Translations under genes and position numbers: made by a program
Notes under the pieces: generated by a model
Seen by the model: only the letters and a program-made list of their open reading frames with translations
What the model was told of the DNA's origin: nothing
The model's database searches: none
Part shown: positions 43,332 through 53,690 of the stretch, one piece after another
How positions within the stretch are numbered: position 1 is the stretch's first letter
Layout of the letters: each line of letters opens with the position of its first letter
Virus record (IMG/VR): IMGVR_UViG_3300031994_002305
Coordinates: 229,073-293,072 of that record
Direction: 5' to 3' (one strand)
Source of the DNA: a virus
Lineage: Duplodnaviria; Heunggongvirae; Uroviricota; Caudoviricetes
Length of the DNA stretch: 64,000 nucleotides

Positions 43332-43357
43332 AAAGGAAGTAACTAGTTACTTCCTTT
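43332..43357. terminator. Perfect 26-bp palindrome ending the minus-strand block
   Basis: aaaggaagtaactagttacttccttt. Confidence 0.75.
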
Positions 43358-43359
43358 AG

Positions 43360-43815
43360 TTAAAATGTACATATGTCAGATCTAAATATATCTGCGACTT
43401 CATTCATATTTGTAACATATTTACAAATTGAATTATGTGGAGCAATATTATTAGCTAATTTCATAATAGCATCAAATGATTTACGTTCATGTTTTTGCCA
43501 TGTTCCTTCATCCAATACACAAAATACACATAAATCAACAGATGTACCATACATATTAGCAAGATGCGCTGAATGTATAATTTCTGCAATTGAATATGTT
43601 CCCATCATTTCTTTTGTAATTACATATAGGTGTACATTACATTTATGATTTTTTTCATCTTCTTCAATTAACTGACATTCTGGCGTCCAATCTTCTACAA
43701 CAGGATTAAACCATTCTACTGAACAATTTTTCAATTGTTCAATAAGTTCATTACGCCATGTAGTATCAGCACAAGTACCCCCTAAGAATATTCTATCAAT
43801 TTTTGTCTCTATCAT
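43360..43815 (-). CDS. Nucleoside 2-deoxyribosyltransferase-like (N-glycosidase) protein
   Basis: IFLGGTC..TTWR...FNPVVEDW...E...LYVIT...YSIAE. Confidence 0.75.
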   Translation of the reverse strand: MIETKIDRIFLGGTCADTTWRNELIEQLKNCSVEWFNPVVEDWTPECQLIEEDEKNHKCNVHLYVITKEMMGTYSIAEIIHSAHLANMYGTSVDLCVFCVLDEGTWQKHERKSFDAIMKLANNIAPHNSICKYVTNMNEVADIFRSDICTF

Positions 43816-44664
43816 TATTTATCCATATACAATTATATTTTTGTAGTATTTCCTTTTGGTGTTCAATCTGTTTTAAATCTTCTTCATTAAAATTCTTAGT
43901 TGCATACCTTTCAAGTTTTTTTCTTATTTCACTTGCATAAGGTTCTTTTACTAATGTAGTATGTTGGTCTTCAAATCCTAACATAATATTTTTATATATT
44001 TATCCACATATCATTGATTGTCCTGGTGCTAAATTTTCATTAGTACGTTTACCACCACAAATAGGACAAAACATTGCAGTAGGAGCCACTGAAGCACCAC
44101 ATTTAGGACATATCCATCCTCTTTCAGAATTTAAATCAATAACTTGTCCGTTATCAATTATTGTATCAAATTTTTCTTCCATTTATTATATTGGTATATT
44201 TATAATTTTTAGTCCATAAGGATTTTCTTCTTTTTTGACTTTCTGATATTTTTCATATCCATATCGATGTTCTAATTCAATTAATTTATCTATTAAGTCA
44301 CTTAAATCACCATCGTTAAAACATATACTATTAACTTTTTCACCATGTTCATCTTCAAACCACATCCCATAAGCATCAGATGAACTTACATGGTCTATTT
44401 TTACTTTATATTTTGATATGGTATCATCAGGATCTCCATGATTAAAATATAGATCTACTTCAAATTCTGTTTTCATTTTTTAGCGTGTAATTCATTAAAA
44501 ACAATTTGTATGCCTTCCCAAATTTTTTGTTCTTGATATTTCATCCCAAGACTTACTGCAGATGCAATGATCTTTCTATAATCAGGTCCTGCTTTATGAC
44601 ATTCTTTTTCTAAATATGTCATTCCATCTTTTAGCTGTTTCTCTGAGTATTCGTTCATCTTCAA
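43796..44664 (-). other. Four small hypothetical CDS, one a zinc ribbon (44000..44182)
   Basis: CPKCG...CPICG. Confidence 0.55.
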
Positions 44665-45232
44665 TAATTTTTTGTGCTATTTTTGTATCATCAGATAAAT
44701 ATTTAAAATCTTCTTCATAAATATGTAATGAGCCAACATTCCAATATAAAAATCCAGGAAGAATATCTTTATCTAATTCTGATATAAGTCTATTAATAAT
44801 GATAGTAAATATTTTACATTGCCATAATGAATCTTGAGTATATTCACATACATTATTAGATCTCATATATACAATATAATCAAGACGCTTTGCTTGTTTA
44901 CGATAAATACATTGCATCCCAATTGTACATATCTTATCTCCATTATGATATTTTTCTGGACATAACATTCCAATGTAAGCTTGCCTTGTATCTGGATCTT
45001 CTTTAATTGCTTCTACAACTTTATCTATTTGATCACCTAATAGTGGTTCATAATTATCTATATACCACTGTTCATCTGTAACATGATGATTATGATAAAC
45101 AATATATCCAGTTTCACTTATAAAACTAGCATTTTCAATTTCGATAAACTTTTGTTGTTTTACTTTATCAAATTTAAAATCATTACTATTAAACTTTGAT
45201 AATAAAATTTCTTTTATGTCAAGTTCAGTCAT
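44594..45232 (-). CDS. ThyA-fold enzyme resembling T4 gp42 dCMP hydroxymethylase
   Basis: IEIENASF, WY, DPDTRQA, CT..MQ, MRSN, D..WQ, G.LYWNVGSLHIY. Confidence 0.75.
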   Translation of the reverse strand: MTELDIKEILLSKFNSNDFKFDKVKQQKFIEIENASFISETGYIVYHNHHVTDEQWYIDNYEPLLGDQIDKVVEAIKEDPDTRQAYIGMLCPEKYHNGDKICTIGMQCIYRKQAKRLDYIVYMRSNNVCEYTQDSLWQCKIFTIIINRLISELDKDILPGFLYWNVGSLHIYEEDFKYLSDDTKIAQKIIEDERILRETAKRWNDIFRKRMS

Positions 45233-45834
45233 TAAAGTATTTTAGATATAATTTTATATTTCTTAGCTTGTTCAGCAGTTATATACCAATCTTTTTTACA
45301 TTTATATATTTCATCTAATTTATCCTCTGGAATCTCAGTACTATTTTTATATATATTCCACATTATTTTATGTAAACGTTTACTTTCTTCTATATCTTCT
45401 TCCATTTCTTTCATTTTACCAAATGTACCTCCAGATAGCGTATGATACATAAATGTTGTGTTAGGATAAGCAAAACGATGTTCTGCATCTACTGCTAACA
45501 TTATAATTGTACCTGCGCTCATTATTTTACCAACACAATAAATGTTAACAGTGTATTCTTCAGTTAATCGTTTAATTTCATCATAAATTGAAAGCATATC
45601 ATAAATGTAACCACCAAATGTCGATAAATAAATATTTATAGATGGTCTGATAACCTGTGCTTCAATGCCAACAGACATTAATGATGCCAAATTTTGATCT
45701 GCAATATCATCATCAGCACTTTTAATTTCATTTATTTTATCAACAAGTGTTTGCCACATTTCTTCATCTACATCACCTTTAATGTAAATATTATGTATTT
45801 TTTCATCAAATGTTTTAATTGTAAATTCTGCCAT
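45232..45834 (-). CDS. clpP: ClpP-like protease subunit
   Basis: IYLSTFGG, MSAG (Ser), FMYH (His), KDWYITAEQA (Asp). Confidence 0.85.
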   Translation of the reverse strand: MAEFTIKTFDEKIHNIYIKGDVDEEMWQTLVDKINEIKSADDDIADQNLASLMSVGIEAQVIRPSINIYLSTFGGYIYDMLSIYDEIKRLTEEYTVNIYCVGKIMSAGTIIMLAVDAEHRFAYPNTTFMYHTLSGGTFGKMKEMEEDIEESKRLHKIMWNIYKNSTEIPEDKLDEIYKCKKDWYITAEQAKKYKIISKIL

Positions 45835-45837
45835 ATA

Positions 45838-46398
45838 TTATACTTTTGTAAAATTTTTTTCAAAATCTTCTTTAGTTCGTGCAAAATATTCGCCATCAGG
45901 GTTATAATATTCTGTCTTATAAAGAATTAGACCACGACGCCATTCACCATTATCTTTAAACATAAAATTATCTGTTATTAAAGAATATGGATTACCGGTC
46001 TTATTATGTATATATCTATTATTTTCCTTAATTTCTATTTCATAAAACGTATAGTAATATCCATCTGCTCTTTTTTGTTTTGATAATTCGTCTACACGTT
46101 TTTTGACTTCTTCTTTATTATCATATATTTTTTCTTCATAAGGTATGACTAAATTTTCATAATCATATAAACCTATTTTATAACCTATTTTTTGTGGTTT
46201 AGGTTTTAATTCGTGAGTAATTCCTTGCCATCCACAAACGAAACATTCAACACTATTATCATCTTCATATTCGTCTTCATGTCCTGGAGTTAAACAATAT
46301 GCAGCTAATGTTGATGAATAAAAATGACTATGACATTTTGGACAACAATAATGTTCTTCTCTATATTTTTTATAAAATTCTCGTTCGTTATTATCCAT
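45838..46398 (-). CDS. Zinc ribbon plus DUF1653-like protein
   Basis: CPKC...CFVC; RYIHNKTG..Y...LYK...YFAR..F..NF. Confidence 0.55.
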   Translation of the reverse strand: MDNNEREFYKKYREEHYCCPKCHSHFYSSTLAAYCLTPGHEDEYEDDNSVECFVCGWQGITHELKPKPQKIGYKIGLYDYENLVIPYEEKIYDNKEEVKKRVDELSKQKRADGYYYTFYEIEIKENNRYIHNKTGNPYSLITDNFMFKDNGEWRRGLILYKTEYYNPDGEYFARTKEDFEKNFTKV

Positions 46399-47398
46399 TA
46401 TCTTCTAATTTTAATCTTTTTATACAATTCTCATAATGTTCTATTTCTTCATATATATCACTTCTAATTGAATTATATTCTGAAATTTGGTCTTCATCAT
46501 TATCTGAATCTTCCATACATTCATCATAATATCTAATATCTTCCCATAAATTACCAATTATAGAATTCCATTCATTAATTTGTTCCTCAATTTCCCTTTT
46601 CATGATTTAATAACCTAAATATTGCTCAATAATTTTTTTATTCTTTAAATCATATATTAGACCATCACCAAAATCATCTTCAATACGAAGTTTTGTTTTA
46701 GATTTATTAATCATAATATGATGAAATTCCATATCACGTTTAAACAAGTTTAAATGATGATCATTTGATATATCAGCATCTGTAATATCATAATCCTCCC
46801 AATATCTATTTCTTTTTAGTGGATTAAAATTTTTATGTATTGTTATATGTGGTAATTTATTTTTTGTCATATTCTGTCTTGTTATCTTTATTTTTTCCAA
46901 TATGATATCCATCACAGAATAAGCATTTATAATATGAAAAATGCGTATTATGTTTTTCTCCCATTTTTTCTGCTGATTTACGAGCAGTCTCAACGGTATG
47001 ATACATTATTTTAGGTTGCCCAGTATGTTGATTAATATGTGAATTAATAGAAAATGCACCCCATGCATTACGTGTTATAAAAAAGTTTGTAATAAATCTT
47101 TTACGTTTAACTTGGTCTTTAAACCATATCCAAAAATTTTTAAACTTAATTCTATGCATAATTAAATTTCTTCTATTTTTAATACGTATGGTGTATTACT
47201 GCTTAATAATTCAATTGCTGCTTTAGCATATTCTTTTTTATAGAAAATTATTGCGTTTTCAATATTTTCACACCATGATTTATAAGGATAATTAGATTCC
47301 TTTAATTTTAATTCATATAAATATTTATCAGGTTTAATGTCATCATACGATTTTGCGTATGTTTTAGTTTCTAATTTTACGATAACATATTTTTCCAT
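46391..47398 (-). other. Small hypothetical CDS (46391, 46607, 46857, 47162)
   Basis: ORF track. Confidence 0.5.
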
Positions 47399-48525
47399 TC
47401 TAATTCATTCTTTTTTAGATAAGTTTCCCAATATTGTTGATTTAACTGTTCAGGTTTAATTATTTCACCATTAATAAATTGAAGCATCAAAGGAATTGCT
47501 AAATTCTGTATAGAAGGACGTGGTTTACCTGTTGTTCCTAATGCACGAAGATTAAAGAAATGAATCCAATCTTTAACAAATGCAGTATGAATAGAACAAG
47601 TTTTTGTATCTAATGGTAATATTAACGAACATTCTTGATTTGACCAATTAAATTGTGTTTTTAATACATTATATGATTCCTGACAAGCAACATTAGCAAA
47701 CATCCACCAATCAATATCTGACCAATCTACAGAAATATGTTCAACTATTTGCTGACACATATCATACAACAGATTTCCTGAATAATCTTTATGTGTTATC
47801 CATTGATTATAATTATCTTGTGCAGCTTCTGTTCCTATACGTTCTGGAGCAACAATATTTAATCCAGGATTATTTCCTTCTTGAAATTTCTCTTTTGTAT
47901 AATTGCAATAACGAGTTGATTCTTCAGCAACTGATTGTACTCTATGACGATTAACATCTCGAGCAGCTGCTAAATGATATGTAAATGCTATTGTATATCT
48001 TTTTTCATGTTCAGGCATTGGCGGAGTTAACCATTGTAAAATAGATTGTTCTAATGATTCACTTATAGACTTAAACTGTCCCATATATTTGAGAATCTCA
48101 AAATCTTTATTTTCACAAATAACACGCCAATTTGTAGTTATAAAATAAAATATTGCAGATGCTTGTTTTTTTAACCCATATCCTTTAATTTCTACATCTA
48201 CTGTTTTATTAATTCTTTTACTTTTTACAACTGAATATTTATTATTAGTAAAAAATTTAACAATATCAGTTTTCCAAATATATTGAATATCATCAACTGG
48301 TGTACCAATAGGAATTGTTAAATAAACAGTACCATGTTCAAGCATAGCACCATGTTCATGTTCCATTAAATTTTTAACAAATCCTTCATATGATTTATCT
48401 GTAATATGATCTTCTGATTTGTAACAATTACGACCACAAATCTCAATATGTTTAAACATATTTTCTAAAAGATCACCTTCATATTTCTGTGTTATAAATT
48501 CAAACTTTGGTTTTACAAAATTCAT
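47377..48525 (-). CDS. thyX: Flavin-dependent thymidylate synthase
   Basis: GRNCYKS, HGAMLEH, RHRVQSVAEESTRY, LPL. Confidence 0.9.
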   Translation of the reverse strand: MNFVKPKFEFITQKYEGDLLENMFKHIEICGRNCYKSEDHITDKSYEGFVKNLMEHEHGAMLEHGTVYLTIPIGTPVDDIQYIWKTDIVKFFTNNKYSVVKSKRINKTVDVEIKGYGLKKQASAIFYFITTNWRVICENKDFEILKYMGQFKSISESLEQSILQWLTPPMPEHEKRYTIAFTYHLAAARDVNRHRVQSVAEESTRYCNYTKEKFQEGNNPGLNIVAPERIGTEAAQDNYNQWITHKDYSGNLLYDMCQQIVEHISVDWSDIDWWMFANVACQESYNVLKTQFNWSNQECSLILPLDTKTCSIHTAFVKDWIHFFNLRALGTTGKPRPSIQNLAIPLMLQFINGEIIKPEQLNQQYWETYLKKNELEWKNMLS

Positions 48526-49502
48526 TCTGTTCTTCTATATATTTTAAGTAATTATTAATCCATTTTTTCATATTATTAGTTAATACATCTTTAGCTCCAT
48601 TATTACCAAATAATTTTACTAAACAACATTCTTGACATTCGGTTAGAAATATGCTAATTGATATTGCATAATCTTTATTCCAAGCAGCTAATCTATGAAT
48701 CAGTGGATCATAATAAAATTCAAATCCTTTATAAGTAAGCATATTCGTTTGCATTAAGTATAAAAAATAATCTATTTGTTTTATGCAAGTGCACTTTTCT
48801 GGGTTGTGTTTTCCACCACTCATCTAAATAATACCAACTTACATAAAACAAATTTGCTGATTCAACAACTATTGTTAAATCATTATATGTCCATCTTGAA
48901 TTTGGTTCTAATTTTTTAAATATATTAATCATATCATGTATGATATTTTTAATATGCTGAAGATACTTTTGGTAATTCTTTTAAGTATTTAGCATTAAGC
49001 ATAAATTTCCACCAATTGGCGGTTGAATATATACTGCCACCTTCTTTAGGTATTGTTCTTAAATATACTTTATAAAAAAGTGTTTGAGCACCAACACATA
49101 CTTCTTCACCCTCAAATAAATAAACGTTATTAATCAATGGAAATGTCATAATTATAAAATTTTGTAATTTGTTAATATTTTAGTTTCTTTCTCTAATTGT
49201 TTTTTGAACTTTGCTACTCTATATTCTCTATGTTGAATAAGTATATTCATTTCTTTTTGAGCTGCTTCTTTACATGAAAAATATTTTGAACTTCCATGAT
49301 ATGCCATTCCTGAATCATGCCAAATTGGATGAATCTTAATTGGTTGATATCCATGTTCGCAATATAATAAAAGATACCCACCATCCCATAATTGTTCAAC
49401 TTCATTTCTCAATTCAATTTTAACAACTTTACGAGGTTTCATTTTACAATGATCATAATAATAAATTATATCACCTGGCACTAAATCTTTAAATGTTTTC
49501 AT
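48500..49502 (-). other. Small hypothetical CDS (48500, 48729, 48949, 49152)
   Basis: ORF track. Confidence 0.5.
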
Positions 49503-49504
49503 AT

Positions 49505-50413
49505 TTAAAAAATATCTTCTATATTAGTTTCTTCTGTTTTTGTTTCTACTTTTGTTTTTTCTTGTTCTTTAACTTCATTCTTTTTCATTAAATTTGTTTT
49601 CTGAATAGCAAATTTATAAAAAGTATTCATTATATTATTGTCATAAGGCATTGCACCCGTATGAGTTTGGTAATTTGTACCTACATCTTCAATTATCTTA
49701 CCAGGAAGATTAACAATCATTACAATAATATCATCTGGTGATGTTCCTTCAGGTAAATATCCACCTTCTAATAATGCTTGTTTATAGAAATATAGTTGCA
49801 ATGTATATCTAAACCAATTAAGTTGTGGATATTTAAACATAGGACCTAACATCTTTTTAGTCCATTTATTAGCAACTTTATCAATTGTGCCTGAAGACTT
49901 CCAATCAATTAATATGTATTTACCAGTACGTTTATTTCTAAATAAAGCATCAAAACGTCCATACATATACATATCTTCTCCAGTATCAGGATCTTTTACT
50001 TTTAAGTATAAATATTTTTCTCTATCAATAAATTCTGTATCTCCTGACTTACTTAATACTGAATAGAAATTATCAAACGAATCACAAAGACTGTGTAGTC
50101 TTTCATCATAATCATATCCGTTATCTAATTTAAATAATCTTCTATCATTATCAGTTCCAGTTAATATACTCCCAATATAATCATCAAGTAATGAACCATA
50201 ATGAGTTGATGTTGCACCCTTTGCAGACCATACTTCCATAATCTGTTCAACTGTCATATGATAATACTCTGATTGAGGATTATTAAAATGCTTGTTATAT
50301 GTATTTGCTGCTACACCTTCTGTATCAAAAGGTGTAAATAAAGTATCTAAAGCAGTAGAAATACTAATCTTTTTTAATGCTTTATTAATATTTACATTAG
50401 AAAAATCTATCAT
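49505..50413 (-). CDS. PD-(D/E)XK exonuclease (RecB/Cas4-like fold, no Fe-S cysteine set)
   Basis: YGSLLDDY, GRFDALF, IDWKS, QLYFY. Confidence 0.75.
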   Translation of the reverse strand: MIDFSNVNINKALKKISISTALDTLFTPFDTEGVAANTYNKHFNNPQSEYYHMTVEQIMEVWSAKGATSTHYGSLLDDYIGSILTGTDNDRRLFKLDNGYDYDERLHSLCDSFDNFYSVLSKSGDTEFIDREKYLYLKVKDPDTGEDMYMYGRFDALFRNKRTGKYILIDWKSSGTIDKVANKWTKKMLGPMFKYPQLNWFRYTLQLYFYKQALLEGGYLPEGTSPDDIIVMIVNLPGKIIEDVGTNYQTHTGAMPYDNNIMNTFYKFAIQKTNLMKKNEVKEQEKTKVETKTEETNIEDIF

Positions 50414-50431
50414 TTTTAAACTTTTTAATTT

Positions 50432-50540
50432 TAAAAAATATAGTTTATTTAATACTATATGTTCAATTGTTAAAGAAATATAAATATAATATTAAATTAT
50501 ATAATATTTGAATTAATAAAGCAAATTTCTATATTAATAT
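50432..50540. promoter_or_regulatory. Divergent promoter pair
   Basis: Minus strand TTGAAC-N17-CTATATT (50466 to 50437); plus strand TTGAAT-N15-CTATATT (50508). Confidence 0.6.
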
Positions 50541-50565
50541 TATATAAAAATCAAACAAAAATAGT

Positions 50566-52146
50566 ATGAATACATTAGATTCGAAGAATTTAGAAGATCT
50601 TAAGATTAAGCTTCTTAAGATGAATAATGGAGATAGACTACACTGTTTGTGGGGAGTTCGTATTTTATATACTGATGCTACAGGTAAGAATCGAATGACA
50701 GATTATTGTTTGTCGATTGATAAACATTCTAATGACAAATATACAGTTTGTAGTTGTTTTGATTTTAGAGGTCATGAATTATTTTGGGATGCATTAAAAG
50801 ATTCTGGTGTTAAAAAATGGTATCATTTTAAAGATTTTGCTATTAATCTTTATTATGAGGAGATGCTTATGGTTCTTATGTTAATGCATAAATTCTTTAA
50901 TAAATATGTTGGAGATAAATCGGTTTGGAAATTTATTACATTTGATAAAGATGAATGTGAAAAGAAATGTGAAGAACTTCGAAAGCCATACGAAATTGAT
51001 ACATTAGAAAAAGCAATTCGTATTATTGAAAGTGGAATTGATTCACTTGATGAAATTAAAAATAGATTAGCAGTTTTAAAAAATAAAAATTAATATGATT
51101 GATTTAAAATATAACGAAAGAGTTAAAAAAACTTTTAACTATGAAAAAATTAAATCTGCAATAGAAACTTGTAAGCCAAAATTTTTTGGCAACAATGTTT
51201 GTATTGATTTACTTTGGACTCCCCAAATTTATTTTGATTACGCAAATGGATGGGCAGCAGGAAAACCAAATAAAAAAAATTTTAATGGTAGCAATTATAT
51301 AGGTGTAACATTGGGAACATCACCAAGATTATTTATTGATTGGTATGTTTCAAAAAATCTTTTTAAGAAAAATGAAGCTATTGGTAAGATAGGATTTTTT
51401 TATCCTGAAGTTATTAATGATGATGAAAAATCTAATTGGGAAGAAATTCAAAAATATTTAGAGTCTAAATATAATGCAAAAGATCAAGAAAACAATAATT
51501 ATATAAAATTTTGTTCTTATAAAGAATTGGAAATATTTCTTAAAGAATTAGAAGATATCATTAATAAATATAATATAAAACGTAATAATGAAGCATATTT
51601 TTACTTTGATAAAAATGAAGCATCGTGCAATGCTGAAATTAAAAAAGTTAAATATGAAATATTGAGTTGTGATGAAACTCTAGTTAACTTATATAAACAA
51701 TTAGAAGATACTAATAAAGCTGCAACTGCATCAGATGTCGATATGACAGTATTAATTAATTCAATTAACGATAAAATTAAAAAAGTTAAAGATAAAAAAG
51801 ACAATATTATTAAGAATATTAAATTATGACTCCAAAAGAAAAAATAGCTGCCAAATATTTGATGTTGGAAACTCGTTATCGTAATTGTCAAGAACATGGA
51901 TTTGATGGTAAGCCAACAGGTAAGTTTGATATTTCTAAGGTTGATAACTATCATATAGAAGATCATGAATTATCTTTTCCTATACATATATGGTATGAAG
52001 TCACTAGACATACATTAGATGAACTTAAAGATGAATTACAAATTTTTGAAAGTTTATGGATTGATAAAAATGGAGAACATATAATTAAACAAGTAAATAA
52101 GATTGTTAATACATTGAATATTAAAACTGAATGTTCTAAAATCTAA
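50566..52146 (+). other. Three hypothetical CDS (50566, 51095, 51826)
   Basis: ORF track. Confidence 0.6.
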
Positions 52147-52152
52147 TTATAT

Positions 52153-52187
52153 TTGAATTTTTTAAATAAAATACTATATTATATTTG
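52153..52187 (+). promoter_or_regulatory. Conserved phage promoter
   Basis: TTGAAT-N15-CTATATTATATTTG. Confidence 0.75.
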
Positions 52188-52203
52188 TAAAAATCAAATA
52201 AAT

Positions 52204-52614
52204 ATGAAATTCGGACAAAAGAAAACACAAGGTATTGAGGAGTTAAGAAAAAAGTTTGTTGCTCGTGGCTATATGCCAACTGGTTATCAACTTGATTCAA
52301 TTACTAAAGCTCTTGCTGAAGTACTTGGTAAGACAAAAGTTCATATTAATGTTCCTTATTCAAATTTTAATTGTCATGGTGAGGCAATCAAAGTTGCAAA
52401 GGATGTTAACGGTCTGATGCCGTTTTCAACTGCTCGTGTTTCATTTGATGAAGTAACTACATTATTTTATGGAGATAAACGTGTAGGACGGGGAAATTAT
52501 TTGCCTTTTCAATCAGAGGTTGATTGTTATTATATTAAGAATATTGATACATCTGGAGCTCTCTGGGTTACTATTGATTTAGAAAAAGGACCTAGTTGGA
52601 GAACATATCTTTAA
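52204..52614 (+). CDS. Hypothetical early protein; start corrected from 52153
   Basis: ATG 52204 lies downstream of the promoter. Confidence 0.6.
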   Translation: MKFGQKKTQGIEELRKKFVARGYMPTGYQLDSITKALAEVLGKTKVHINVPYSNFNCHGEAIKVAKDVNGLMPFSTARVSFDEVTTLFYGDKRVGRGNYLPFQSEVDCYYIKNIDTSGALWVTIDLEKGPSWRTYL

Positions 52615-52620
52615 TTATAT

Positions 52621-52655
52621 TTGAATTTTTTAATTAAATTACTATATTATATTTG
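52621..52655 (+). promoter_or_regulatory. Conserved phage promoter
   Basis: TTGAAT-N15-CTATATTATATTTG. Confidence 0.75.
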
Positions 52656-52675
52656 TAATTTTAATAATATTAAAC

Positions 52676-52981
52676 ATGGAAGAATTTTGGAAGCCCATTT
52701 CACAAAATTTGTATTACATTGGTGTTGATGAGAATTATGAGGTGTCTAATACAGGTAAGGTTCGTAACAAGAAGACGGGTCATATTTTGAAAACCACACC
52801 AACAAATGGTAATAAGCGTCGTATGAAGGTACAGGTTAAGTGCAGGGGAGGTTATTATTATCTATCACTACAGATTTCACATGTTGTTTATGATACATTT
52901 ATTGGTCCTGCATATAATGGTCATATTAAGCACCGTGATGGTAATAACATGAATAATGCAGTAGATAATTTATATATTTGA
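52676..52981 (+). CDS. Short NUMOD4 plus HNH-like protein
   Basis: WKPI...YEVSNTGKVRN...H.VY.TFIG...HRDGN..NN..DNL. Confidence 0.75.
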   Translation: MEEFWKPISQNLYYIGVDENYEVSNTGKVRNKKTGHILKTTPTNGNKRRMKVQVKCRGGYYYLSLQISHVVYDTFIGPAYNGHIKHRDGNNMNNAVDNLYI

Positions 52982-53202
52982 TAATTTTAACCATATTTGA
53001 ATTTTTTTAATATTAAACTATTTATAATATATAAAATTTAAATAGAAGAGATTTGGGAGAAAATATATGTTGCATTATAAGTAGTTAAGTTATTTTTGGT
53101 GTTCATATGTTGGTAATTATCGAACATCACATATTAAGAATATTATAAAGACAACTTTTAAAAATATTAACACAGTTTGTAAACATTTTAAAAAACATAA
53201 AT

Positions 53203-53616
53203 ATGATAAAGTATTTTAATCCTAATCCTACTTGTAAGTTTTTCAAGTCAGGTAATCCTAAGAACTGGTATATTAATGATTCATCAGTACGAGCATTGTC
53301 ATGCGCATTGAACATTACATGGGAAGCAGCTTATGATCTTTTATCAGAAGCAGGTAAAAAAATTTATAATGTTGCGACATCTAAGCAAGCGTTTGATGAA
53401 GTTTTGAAAAATCACGGATATGAATTTGTAACACTTGGAAAACCTCAAAGAGGAACATCTCGTCCTACTGTAACAGAATTCATTAAAGATTTCAATAAAG
53501 GAACAATGATTTTAAATTTGGCAGATTATTTTGTTACTTTTATTGATGGTGAAATTTATGATGTATCAGATAAGTGTCTAAAATCTTCAGTTTATTCTTA
53601 TTGGATTAAGAAGTAA
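53203..53616 (+). CDS. Conserved phage protein (N.NP...DC.VRA family variant)
   Basis: FNPNP...NDSSVRALS.A..ITWE.AY...IDG.IYD. Confidence 0.55.
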   Translation: MIKYFNPNPTCKFFKSGNPKNWYINDSSVRALSCALNITWEAAYDLLSEAGKKIYNVATSKQAFDEVLKNHGYEFVTLGKPQRGTSRPTVTEFIKDFNKGTMILNLADYFVTFIDGEIYDVSDKCLKSSVYSYWIKK

Positions 53617-53690
53617 ATTAATTCTTCTTCATTAAGAAATAAATGTTAATAATTGATCTATTTTATACTAAATATATTGTTTAGTAGAAA

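Noticed and set aside
44594-45232. Ordinary ThyA
   Set aside because: Asp rather than Asn at the specificity position, gp42-like N-terminus, and ThyX is already present.
49505-50413. Cas4 as part of a CRISPR system
   Set aside because: No Fe-S cysteine set, no other cas genes and no array.
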